DNA from: Candidatus Woesearchaeota archaeon
Lineage (GTDB): Archaea > Nanobdellota > Nanobdellia > Woesearchaeales > JACPJR01
Length of the DNA stretch: 64,000 nt
Direction: 5' to 3'
Assembly (NCBI GenBank): GCA_016187565.1
Contig: JACPJR010000031.1
Coordinates: forward strand, 9,796-73,795
The position numbers and the translations under genes were made by a program. The notes below the pieces were generated by a model. It searched no databases, was not told the DNA's origin, and saw only the letters and a list, made by a program, of their open reading frames with translations. This document shows, piece by piece, positions 49,693-59,042 of this stretch (within the stretch, counting starts at the first letter, position 1; the number at the start of each line of letters is the position of its first letter).

Positions 49693-51096
49693 ATGAAATT
49701 ATTAGGGAAGAAACCTTTTGTTCTAAAATCGTGGATTATAACCCTTACCATTGCAGTCTTGGGCATTATTTTTGGAATACTTAGTGCACTGGTTCCTTTT
49801 CGTTATCTGTTGCTTGGTTGTATAGGCATGGTTCTCTTCATAGCTCTTCTTAGAATTCTTACTAAAGGACCTACGCCTTTACTTCTGTCTCTTGTTATTT
49901 TTATTCCCTTGCTTCCTAAAATACCTCTTTTCGGTGTTCCTGGCTCTCCTGTTGGTATTCGTCTTGATGACATACTTTTGCTTGTTCTAGTTAGTGCCTG
50001 GCTAGTCTATCTTATCGTAAACAAACAGGAAATCCCTGTTACACCCCTTCATATCCCTATCTTTGTTTTTCTGAGTATTTCATTGATCTCCACGCTAATT
50101 GGTGTTTTGAATAATGAGCTCCAACCATTAGTAGCCTTTTTTTACTTTGCTCGAAAAATAGAATATCTTTTTGCCTTTTTTATCGCTATAAGCACACTTA
50201 AACGATCTTCCTTCCCGCTGGTTATGAGAACGATTATTCTTGTTTCTTGGGTAGTCGCAATCTTTGGGATTCTGCAATTGCTGGATATAACTGGTCCTCT
50301 TTACCAGTACACCCAAGCAGGTACTGAATATGGTCCAGAATTCTATAAATATGAACTCGTGAGTACCTTTGCAGGGAATTATGATCTTGCTGCGTATTTT
50401 TTATTGATCATTCCCCTTATTCTCTGCCTATTGTTTGCCGAACATCACGATCGGTATCTACCAAGATGGCTTTTGTTTATTATTCTCCTTTCTGATCTTT
50501 TTATTTTTATTGCAGCAGAGGCAAGAACACCACTTGTTGCCATGATTGTTGTTATTATGCTTTTTGTTATTATTCGTGAAAGTCGTTTATTTTATTATCT
50601 TATTCCACTGCTTTTTGTTTTTCCTTTTCTCTTGGATAAACAGCAACAAAAAAAGATTCTTGATGCTATTGCAACATTAAAAGGAGGCGGTTCAGAGATT
50701 TTAGATGCGAGCTTAGGACTTCGATTTACGGTTCAATGGCCACGGGCATTAGAAGCTTTTCGAAAAAATCCAGTTTTTGGTTCAGGTTTATCTTCAGTAG
50801 GCACGGCTGTTGACGGGAATTACTTTAGGATACTCGCTGAAACTGGCATTCTAGGGATTCTTGCTTTTTTTTGGATAATTTTTGCTTTTATTCGGGTTGG
50901 CATGCATATCTTTACCAACAAAAAAATAAATCCACTCCTACAAACAACTGCGCTCGGAATCTTCTTAGGAATTATTGGCATTTTGGTTGATGCCACATTC
51001 ATCGATATTCTTGAATCCTCAAAAATAGCCATGTATTTCTGGCTTTTCGTAGGTATTCTCATGTGGCTGCATAATGAAGCCCATGAACTAAGTTAA
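49693..51096 (+). CDS. O-antigen ligase/Wzy-like membrane protein
   Basis: Polytopic; SLGLR...PVFGSG...YFRILAETGILG Wzy_C-like motif. Confidence 0.8.
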   Translation: MKLLGKKPFVLKSWIITLTIAVLGIIFGILSALVPFRYLLLGCIGMVLFIALLRILTKGPTPLLLSLVIFIPLLPKIPLFGVPGSPVGIRLDDILLLVLVSAWLVYLIVNKQEIPVTPLHIPIFVFLSISLISTLIGVLNNELQPLVAFFYFARKIEYLFAFFIAISTLKRSSFPLVMRTIILVSWVVAIFGILQLLDITGPLYQYTQAGTEYGPEFYKYELVSTFAGNYDLAAYFLLIIPLILCLLFAEHHDRYLPRWLLFIILLSDLFIFIAAEARTPLVAMIVVIMLFVIIRESRLFYYLIPLLFVFPFLLDKQQQKKILDAIATLKGGGSEILDASLGLRFTVQWPRALEAFRKNPVFGSGLSSVGTAVDGNYFRILAETGILGILAFFWIIFAFIRVGMHIFTNKKINPLLQTTALGIFLGIIGILVDATFIDILESSKIAMYFWLFVGILMWLHNEAHELS

Positions 51097-51111
51097 ATAA
51101 ATCTCTGTTCG

Positions 51112-53163
51112 TTAGATTACTTCACCGTCTGACGTATAAAACAAGACTTCGCCTAAAGCGACGTAGTATACTCCTGGCAAGTTAGGATTGAATAGCCTAA
51201 CTTGGATCATATTTGCTTGAATTGGTGTCGAAAGGTTATGAGTTGTTTTTATTAACTTTGTTGATAAGGGAATCTTTTGGTATGGAATAATTTCAACAAG
51301 TTCACCATTTGATGCATAGTAAGAAATGCTGTAATCTGCCCATGAATTAGGTGATTTGAGAACATCTTCAGCAAAGGCTGTTTTTTGGTAGTTTTGAACT
51401 ACATCTATCCTGTTGATAACTATTTCTTTGGTAAATGTAAAATTAACAGAGCAAATGTTCTTTGTATTACATCTCTCAGGGTTATCAGTTACCTCAGCAA
51501 TTATATATCTATTATCTGCCACTTTCCCATCAATAAGGGATTCTATCTTATATACTTCGGAGATACTTTCGTTTTTATTTGAACTGACTTTAATCGGTTG
51601 AGTGTATCCCCTTCGATTCGACAAATTTATGATTACAAAATGATCTGGAACCTTATAAAGTACTATGTCATAGGATGCATTTAAAAGCCCTTTTGAAAGA
51701 GAATTATTCTCAAATAAAAAAGAACTTTCTAAACGAACAACGTATTTTGCTCCTCTTTCTTTAGCATATTCAATAAACTCAAAGGTCATACCTTCAGGTG
51801 GAATGCGCCACCCTTGTATGTTGGCGTAATACATGTACGAAGGATTGATCATATCGGTAACAACAAGCTCATTGTCAGGAATAATCTGATCTATTTTTGA
51901 GAACATCTCGAAGGTAATGGGATCATATCTATGGGGTATTGGGCTATGCAATAAGATCATGATTGAAGAATACAGTAGGATCCCAGTTACCACTCCATAC
52001 CTGATGAAATTTCGTTCTTTACTTCCACGAAGAAACTGAAGCTCGGTTATCCTACTAAGGCTCCTTGCAGCAAAGATGGACATCGGTATCACCACTGGTA
52101 GGATATAGTAATGGTGGATAAAGGTTCGTTTTGCTGCAAAAATTAAGAAGACAGAAATGCCTAAAAAAAGGAAATGAGTGAAGTATCCTGAATGATTCTT
52201 TGGTTTCACAAATATTCCGAGTAATGCTAAAATTCCCCCAAGTAATCCAAGTGCAAAAAAGACTCTCCGTATAAACACTGTCTTGTACCATCCAATCTCT
52301 TTGTACAAGGGATATACCATAGGGCCCCACATAGGATCCTCGTCAGGGGTTTGTTGCATTTTAAAATCAAATAATTCAAAAGACAGACCCGTCTTTTCAT
52401 AAAGAGAAACAGTGTGTATGTAATACCAGTAATAAAAAGGAGTTAGGACAAGTATAAGAAAAAGCCATAATTTCCACCGAGTGAATATTCGAAGCCTATA
52501 TTTAACAACACCTAAAAAAAGTAGAGAAAATGGTAAATATAATACTACAGGCATTTTAACTAAAAACGCAAAAGCAGTTGTGGTTGTTGCAAGCACAAAA
52601 TACAGCCATGAATTTTCTTTATCTAACCATTTGGAAAAAAAATAAAGAGAAGCTAAAGAAAAAAAAGTTACCATGGATTCTGGCTGTAAATTTCTGCTCA
52701 TATGAACAAAGACTGGAGCAATTGCAAGAAAGAACATAGCAAACAATGCTGTTTTTTTGTTTTCGTAATGCTTAACAAGATGGTACATGATAATCAATGA
52801 ACTAATAGATAATAGTAGAGATGTAATCCTCCCTATGATGATGTGAACACCAAATATGGGATAAAAGAGCGCAATAACATAGGAATAAAGTGGGAATTCA
52901 CTCTGAACATATCCGGGTGTGTCTGCTCGCCAATCAACTTGGGGATAGAAAATGTTGTAGCCATTAAGATAAAAGTTCTTTGCAATTGCTGCAACATCTC
53001 CTTCTCTCCACGCATAATCTCCCACAAGAGGTAAATCAAGGTACTGGATCCGTAAATAGATTCCAAAGGCAAGAATCAAGACAAAAATGAGCGAAGTCTT
53101 ATTAAAGAAATCTAAGTGCTTTTTAGTAAAAAAATGATTAAATGGTTTTAGTCTTCTTGTCAA
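51112..53163 (-). CDS. GT-C (ArnT/PMT-like) glycosyltransferase with C-terminal discoidin-like beta domain
   Basis: WREGDVAAIAKNF, EFPLYSY and HHYY motifs with many TM helices; soluble tail LIDGK...LGEVLFY. Confidence 0.8.
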   Translation of the reverse strand: MTRRLKPFNHFFTKKHLDFFNKTSLIFVLILAFGIYLRIQYLDLPLVGDYAWREGDVAAIAKNFYLNGYNIFYPQVDWRADTPGYVQSEFPLYSYVIALFYPIFGVHIIIGRITSLLLSISSLIIMYHLVKHYENKKTALFAMFFLAIAPVFVHMSRNLQPESMVTFFSLASLYFFSKWLDKENSWLYFVLATTTTAFAFLVKMPVVLYLPFSLLFLGVVKYRLRIFTRWKLWLFLILVLTPFYYWYYIHTVSLYEKTGLSFELFDFKMQQTPDEDPMWGPMVYPLYKEIGWYKTVFIRRVFFALGLLGGILALLGIFVKPKNHSGYFTHFLFLGISVFLIFAAKRTFIHHYYILPVVIPMSIFAARSLSRITELQFLRGSKERNFIRYGVVTGILLYSSIMILLHSPIPHRYDPITFEMFSKIDQIIPDNELVVTDMINPSYMYYANIQGWRIPPEGMTFEFIEYAKERGAKYVVRLESSFLFENNSLSKGLLNASYDIVLYKVPDHFVIINLSNRRGYTQPIKVSSNKNESISEVYKIESLIDGKVADNRYIIAEVTDNPERCNTKNICSVNFTFTKEIVINRIDVVQNYQKTAFAEDVLKSPNSWADYSISYYASNGELVEIIPYQKIPLSTKLIKTTHNLSTPIQANMIQVRLFNPNLPGVYYVALGEVLFYTSDGEVI

Positions 53164-53257
53164 TGATGATTCCCCTCAACCCACATCCTTTTTTCACGGT
53201 TACTGTTTTAGAGTTCTTTGCAACTATTTAAACTATTCTATGTGTGAGATTTATTTT

Positions 53258-53725
53258 TTAGAAAAGTATTGTTGAGATCCAAAAGACCATAAGGCCGAGT
53301 AGAATTCCACCAATAATGTCAATCCAATCATGCTTCTTAAGGTAGATTCTTGAATACACTACTAAAATCATGAGGATGAAGAACCAAGCAGTAATAAAAC
53401 TGTTACTGAAGAAATTAATAAACACTAAGGAATAGAAAACAACCCTCGTTGCATGAAGACTTGGAAAGGATGACGCGTCAATTCTCTCCAAAAAGCCTGA
53501 ATAGTGTTGTTTGTTTGGTCTGTCCTTAAAATAAAAGGTTCGGATAAGAACCACGAAACCTGTAGTTGCAATAAATCCTAACAGGAGTTGGTAAAAAAGT
53601 TCTAACTCACCAATTCCTAAAACAAAAAGCATCATAATCCCATAGAAAAAAGAGCCGCCAAGGGTGGTAATGTCTCTAAAGAGTGATTGAATTAGCTCTT
53701 TGAACTGGTTTCTCATTACAACCAT
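53258..53725 (-). CDS. PAP2-family lipid phosphatase
   Basis: RP, SFPSLH and SRIYLKKHDWID motifs. Confidence 0.9.
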   Translation of the reverse strand: MVVMRNQFKELIQSLFRDITTLGGSFFYGIMMLFVLGIGELELFYQLLLGFIATTGFVVLIRTFYFKDRPNKQHYSGFLERIDASSFPSLHATRVVFYSLVFINFFSNSFITAWFFILMILVVYSRIYLKKHDWIDIIGGILLGLMVFWISTILF

Positions 53726-53748
53726 ACAAGTAAGTATATATCGACAAC

Positions 53749-53756
53749 TTTATAAA
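53749..53756. promoter_or_regulatory. Palindromic TATA box shared by divergent genes
   Basis: TTTATAAA lies 23 nt from ATG 53725 (-) and 24 nt from ATG 53781 (+). Confidence 0.6.
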
Positions 53757-53780
53757 TTTATCATCATTTCTTACTACGAC

Positions 53781-54827
53781 ATGAAATCAAAGACTTTTTT
53801 GGTAACTGGCGGTGCCGGCTTCTTGGGGATTAATCTTGTTCGCTTTTTGATTCAGAAAGGTCATATGGTTATTTCTGTTGATATCCAACCCTTTGATTAC
53901 CCTGATATGATACGGAAAGTCGAGGTTGTCAATGGAGATATTCGAAACCTTAGCATGCTTAAAAAGGCAATGAAAGGGGTTGATGTAGTGATACACACTG
54001 CAGCTGCCCTCCCTTTATATACAAAAAAAGAAATCTTCTCTACCGATGTTAAAGGTACTAAAAATGTTCTTGATGCTGCGAAAGAAAATAATGTTAAGCG
54101 GGTTATTCACATCTCAAGTACTGCAGTCTATGGCATCCCTGACCATCATCCGTTGTATGAAGATGATACATTAGATGGAGTTGGGAATTACGGCAAAGCA
54201 AAGATACTTGCCGAAAAAATATGTCTTGGATATAGAGAACAGGGAATGTGTGTGCCTATTTTACGACCCAAATCATTTATTGGACCAGAACGACTGGGAG
54301 TTTTTGCGATTTATTATGACTGGATAAAAAGCGGAAAAAGTGTTCCGATTGTTGGTTCTGGAAAAAATCGTTACCAATTGCTTGATGTAGAAGATCTGTG
54401 CGAAGCAATATACCTTTGTGCAATCAAGCCAAGACAAATAGTAAATGATACTTTTAACATTGGCGCAAAAGAATACACTACTATGAAGGAAGATTTTGGC
54501 GCTGTTCTTAAATATGCGGGATATGGCAAAAAGATTGTTCCAGTACCTGCGAAGCCCCTTATTTGGACATTGAGGTTCTTAGAGTTCTTGCATCTTTCTC
54601 CATTGTACAAATGGGTTTATGAGACTGCTCCAGAAGATTCATTTGTTTCTATTGAGAAAGCAGAAAAAGTTCTTGGTTTTGTACCAAAGTATTCCAATAA
54701 GCAAGCATTGATTCGAAATTATGAGTGGTACTTGAAGAACTATAGTGAGTACCAGAACAGAACAGGAGTTACTCATAGGGTTCCTTGGAAGCAGGGGATT
54801 TTAGGAGTAATAAAGCATTTTTTTTGA
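53781..54827 (+). CDS. NAD-dependent epimerase/dehydratase (extended SDR)
   Basis: GGAGFLG, SSTAVYG and YGKAK motifs; ATG 53781 (the track starts at TTG 53700). Confidence 0.88.
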   Translation: MKSKTFLVTGGAGFLGINLVRFLIQKGHMVISVDIQPFDYPDMIRKVEVVNGDIRNLSMLKKAMKGVDVVIHTAAALPLYTKKEIFSTDVKGTKNVLDAAKENNVKRVIHISSTAVYGIPDHHPLYEDDTLDGVGNYGKAKILAEKICLGYREQGMCVPILRPKSFIGPERLGVFAIYYDWIKSGKSVPIVGSGKNRYQLLDVEDLCEAIYLCAIKPRQIVNDTFNIGAKEYTTMKEDFGAVLKYAGYGKKIVPVPAKPLIWTLRFLEFLHLSPLYKWVYETAPEDSFVSIEKAEKVLGFVPKYSNKQALIRNYEWYLKNYSEYQNRTGVTHRVPWKQGILGVIKHFF

Positions 54828-54847
54828 ATCTTCTCGTTTTATCCCCC

Positions 54848-55717
54848 TCAGTTAAAAAGTCCTGAATACATGATAACGAGAGTTAAGAGAGTCCATAAGG
54901 CAATTCCAATAACCATCTCTTTGTCAGTAATTACTTTTTCTGGATGTCTGGCGATAATCGATCCGCTATGAATAAGGTAGAAGTAGCGAAAAATAACAAA
55001 AAGTGCAAGAGGAAGGGTGTAAATTAGTTTTGTATAGTTGCTTAAAAAAGAGTATAAAGCATAGGAGATGACTAATAAAGCAGTTGAAATGTTCATAAGC
55101 GCGTTGGTTAATCCAAGGCTGTAGCTATCTAACACTTTTCTTGTTTCCACTGCCTTCTCTTTGAGAAAGAGTACCTCACCATGACGTTTTCCTATCGACA
55201 TAAATAAGGACAAGAAAAATGGACAAAGGATTAGCCAAGGAGATACCGTAACGTTAATAGCAAAAGCTCCCAAAAGAGCACGGGTCACAAAAAGCGTAGC
55301 AATAGTCAAGATGTCAGCACAAAGAATATGCTTTAGGAAAAAGGTATATATTTGAGAAAACAGAAAAAACAGAACTAGGCCTACAAAAAACAGAGAACCG
55401 AGCAAGAAACCTAAGTAAAACCCAAAACCAAGGAGTGCAACTGCTATTACTATTGCAGTACTTACCTTCATTCTCCCACTAGGAAGTGACCTTAATTTTT
55501 TCTCAGGATGGAGACGATCTTTTTCTACGTCAACAAGATCATTAATGATATAGTTTGATGAAGAGATAAACGAAAGAGATAAGAAGGCGAGGAGCGTTAA
55601 GAAAAGCGAATGAAGATCGAATAATTGTCCTATAAAGAACAGTGCTAAGAAAACAACTAAATTCTTGTACCACTGTCGTACTCTTATAAGATCAACATAA
55701 ACAGAGAGTTTTGTCAT
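54848..55717 (-). CDS. UbiA-family polyprenyl-phosphate phosphoribosyltransferase
   Basis: RVRQWYKNLVVF, YIINDLVDVEKDRLHPEK and GKRHGE motifs typical of the Rv3806c-like subfamily. Confidence 0.85.
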   Translation of the reverse strand: MTKLSVYVDLIRVRQWYKNLVVFLALFFIGQLFDLHSLFLTLLAFLSLSFISSSNYIINDLVDVEKDRLHPEKKLRSLPSGRMKVSTAIVIAVALLGFGFYLGFLLGSLFFVGLVLFFLFSQIYTFFLKHILCADILTIATLFVTRALLGAFAINVTVSPWLILCPFFLSLFMSIGKRHGEVLFLKEKAVETRKVLDSYSLGLTNALMNISTALLVISYALYSFLSNYTKLIYTLPLALFVIFRYFYLIHSGSIIARHPEKVITDKEMVIGIALWTLLTLVIMYSGLFN

Positions 55718-55910
55718 TTGATTTGTTAGGAGGAGATCATAACCGAGTGCATCTTTATATTAGGCTTTAGACTGAGTGGTTTAGCTTCTGGATATAAAAA
55801 ATGTTCGAAAAAATACTTCATCCCACATTAATCCGCTTAATAAAAACATTTATATAGGTTGTTTTTTACCCTGCTTAGGGTTAGTATGTCAACTGTTCTA
55901 GGATGATCGC

Positions 55911-56918
55911 ATGAAACAACGAATTTTTATTACTGGCGTCGCAGGATTTCTCGGAAGTCATCTCGCTGATACCATGATTGCAAAAGGTCATCATGTTATT
56001 GGTTGTGATAGCTTAATTGGTGGCTATCTGGATAATGTGCCAAGTCAGGTTGAATTCTATCAATATGATTGCAATTATCTCAATTCGATGAAAAAGATTA
56101 TGAAGGATGTTGATATAGTTTACCATTGTGCAGCAACAGCCTATGAAGGGTTAAGCGTTTTCTCTCCGTATCTAGTAACTAAAAATGTGTATCAGTGTAC
56201 AGCCTCTGTTGTTTCTGCAGCAGTTGCAACGAATGTTAAACGTTTTGTTCTTTGCTCAAGTATGGCACGATATGGGGAGAATAAGGTTCCTTTTACTGAG
56301 GATATGGAACCAAAACCTCAAGATCCTTATGGTATTGGAAAATATGCTTCAGAATTATTGGTTAGAAACGTTGCCCAAACCCACAACATGGAATATGTTA
56401 TTGCAGTTCCTCACAATATCATAGGGCCACGGCAAAAATATGATGATCCTTATCGAAATGTTGCTTCGATTATGATTAATATGATGCTCCAGGGAAGACA
56501 GCCTATTATCTATGGAGATGGCGAACAAAAACGCTGCTTTTCATTTGTTCAGGATTGCATTCAATGTTTAGAAAAATTAGCTTTTGAGAAGAATATTTCT
56601 GGAGAAATTATAAATATTGGTCCAGATGAAGAAGTTATCACTATTAATGAGCTTGCAAAGATTATTGCTGAACTTCTTAATTTTAAATTACATCCCATGT
56701 ACATGCCTGATCGGCCACAGGAAGTAAAACTTGCAACCTGTTCTGCAAATAAAGCAAGAAAGCTCCTTGGTTATCAAACAAAATATGCCCTTAGGCAAGG
56801 ACTTCAAGAGATGATTATGTATATTAAAGGACGAGGCCCCAAGCCTTTTAAGTACCATCTTGATCTTGAAATTGTTAATGAACGTACACCGAAAACATGG
56901 AAAGATAGAATGTTCTGA
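55911..56918 (+). CDS. NAD-dependent epimerase/dehydratase
   Basis: GVAGFLG, SSMARYG and YGIGK motifs; own BRE/TATA (aaaacatttatata) upstream. Confidence 0.9.
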   Translation: MKQRIFITGVAGFLGSHLADTMIAKGHHVIGCDSLIGGYLDNVPSQVEFYQYDCNYLNSMKKIMKDVDIVYHCAATAYEGLSVFSPYLVTKNVYQCTASVVSAAVATNVKRFVLCSSMARYGENKVPFTEDMEPKPQDPYGIGKYASELLVRNVAQTHNMEYVIAVPHNIIGPRQKYDDPYRNVASIMINMMLQGRQPIIYGDGEQKRCFSFVQDCIQCLEKLAFEKNISGEIINIGPDEEVITINELAKIIAELLNFKLHPMYMPDRPQEVKLATCSANKARKLLGYQTKYALRQGLQEMIMYIKGRGPKPFKYHLDLEIVNERTPKTWKDRMF

Positions 56919-57024
56919 CTTTACTTCATTTCAGCGTGATCGTTTTATTGCTTTATTGTTTTATTGATCATCTACCAGCCACTTATCGATGTAATTTATA
57001 TACTTCTTATCCACTTTTCATAGC

Positions 57025-57980
57025 ATGCACGCTTCAAATTTTCCTAAATTTCCTAAAATCTCAGTAATTGTTATTAATTATAATGGTATTGGTTTTCTTA
57101 AAGACTGTTTTGAATCATTAGAATCAGTTGATTATCCAGACTATGAGGTTTTTTTAATGGATAATGCCTCAACTGATGACTCTGTTACTTATGCTCAGAA
57201 AACATTTCCTTGGGTAAAAATCCTTGCGTTTGACAAGAACTATGCCTTTGCTGAGGGATATAACCGTGCAGTTAATTCTATCACTAGTGAATACCTTTAT
57301 TTTCTGAACAATGATACAAAGGTTGACAAGAATTTTTTGAAAGAGGCAATAAAGCCCATGCTTGAAGATAGTACTATTGCTGTGTGTGGGAGTAAAATGT
57401 ATTTTTATGATAAACCGGCTCATCTCAATTATGCTGGTGGTAAAATAACTCAGGTCTTGCCTGTGGCGGAGCAATGCTTGTGAAAAGATATCTTTTTCTT
57501 GATATTGGAGGATTTGATCCCTCGTACGTTATCTATTTTGAGGATGTTGATCTTGCCTGGCGTGCATGGCTCTATGGGTATAAGGTGGTTTATGTGCCCA
57601 TGTCTGTTGTGTATCATAAGTATGGAGGATATTTTGGGGGTTTTAATAAATCCAGCAGAAGTGTTTACCTCGGCCAAATCAATCGTTTAAGTAATCTTTG
57701 GAAGAATGCAGAACCGTTTACTGTTTTTAAAGGAAGCCTTCTTTCATTACTGTATGACCTCGTGAAAAGTGCTTATTTTTTACGCTACCTCCGATTTTCT
57801 CGATGGCTTGCTTTGCATAAAGGAAACATCGCATTTCTTATGAAACTACCAAGAGTATTGCAACAACGAAAGACCGTACAACAGCGACGGAAATATTCAG
57901 ATAAATGGTTGATGCAGAACAACATCATTGCAAGCCTCAATGAGAGTATTGCGGTCTTTTTTCGACTTTTGAAGATATAA
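57025..57980 (+). pseudogene. GT2 glycosyltransferase split by an internal deletion/frameshift at about 57451
   Basis: Frame 1 carries DNASTD and LNND up to GGKIT; frame 3 resumes GLACGGAMLVKR...YFEDVDL. Confidence 0.8.
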
Positions 57981-58055
57981 GTTGTTTAACAATATCCCCA
58001 ACAGAATAATTTAATATACTATGCACGTTTACCCGCTTTCTATAATCTGTTTTTA

Positions 58056-59042
58056 ATGATCATGACATCAACAATACGAACAACATACCGATGGATATTC
58101 TATTTGATCGGCTTTATTCTTTTATTTTTTATTATAACACAAGTTGATCTCCAAGAGGTTCTCGCTATTTTTGCCCAAGCAAAACTTCATCTTATTGCGC
58201 TAGGACTGTTGGTTTCCTTGGTTCTGGTTGTTTTCCGTGCCTTAAAATGGCATTGGGTTCTTTCTATCTATGGTATTTCACTGCCTTTTCGAAAGACCTT
58301 TACTTATTACATTATGGGAGCTTCGCTTGGTATGATCTCACCAGCAAAACTTGGAGAATTCACCAAGATGATCCCACTCAGAAAATACGCCTTATTTCCT
58401 GTGTTCATGAGCATTTTTCTTGATCGACTATCTGATTTCTTGATTCTGTTAAGCATTGGTCTTCCTGGACTTTTTTTTGTGTATGATGTCATACCTGAGC
58501 AAGCACTTTTCATTGCTATAGTTCTGCTGATGGTTGTTCTGTTTGGGATTCTTCTTTTGTTTCAAAATATCCCACTATTCCTTTTTAAGCTCGCTCAAAA
58601 AATATATCATAAAAAATTATCTACATCTTCATCTGTTCAGTCACCTAGCTTCAATGCTTCTCTAGAGAAAAAAGCACATCTTTCATTGAGAAACATCTTT
58701 TCGTTGATGCTTTTTTCTCTGTTTTGTTGGAGTCTTTCTTTTCTTGCTACAGTCTTTTTGGCACGGTCACTAGAAATAAACCTTCCTGTTCTTATTATTC
58801 TCGTTGTCACTGCTGCTTATACGATTGTTGATTTATTACCCATTAGCATTCTCGGTATTGGAACCAGAGATTCTCTTGTTATTCTTCTTTTTGGTATGTA
58901 TGGAATCTCTTGGGAGCTTGCGCTTGCATACTCAACCCTTATTTTAGCAAGTACGATTTTTGTTGTCATTGTTCCTTATAGTCTCCTCTTCTTTTTTTCC
59001 TTTTTTGCTAAAAAACACATTTCCCATGGTGATCTCGAATGA
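58056..59042 (+). CDS. UPF0104/lysylphosphatidylglycerol-synthase TM-domain (flippase-like) protein
   Basis: RALKW, PAKLGE, DRLSD and LPISILGIGTRD motifs. Confidence 0.85.
   Translation: MIMTSTIRTTYRWIFYLIGFILLFFIITQVDLQEVLAIFAQAKLHLIALGLLVSLVLVVFRALKWHWVLSIYGISLPFRKTFTYYIMGASLGMISPAKLGEFTKMIPLRKYALFPVFMSIFLDRLSDFLILLSIGLPGLFFVYDVIPEQALFIAIVLLMVVLFGILLLFQNIPLFLFKLAQKIYHKKLSTSSSVQSPSFNASLEKKAHLSLRNIFSLMLFSLFCWSLSFLATVFLARSLEINLPVLIILVVTAAYTIVDLLPISILGIGTRDSLVILLFGMYGISWELALAYSTLILASTIFVVIVPYSLLFFFSFFAKKHISHGDLE

Noticed and set aside
57440-57483. Programmed ribosomal frameshift in the GT2
   Set aside because: There is no slippery heptamer at the junction, and coding sequence appears to be missing.
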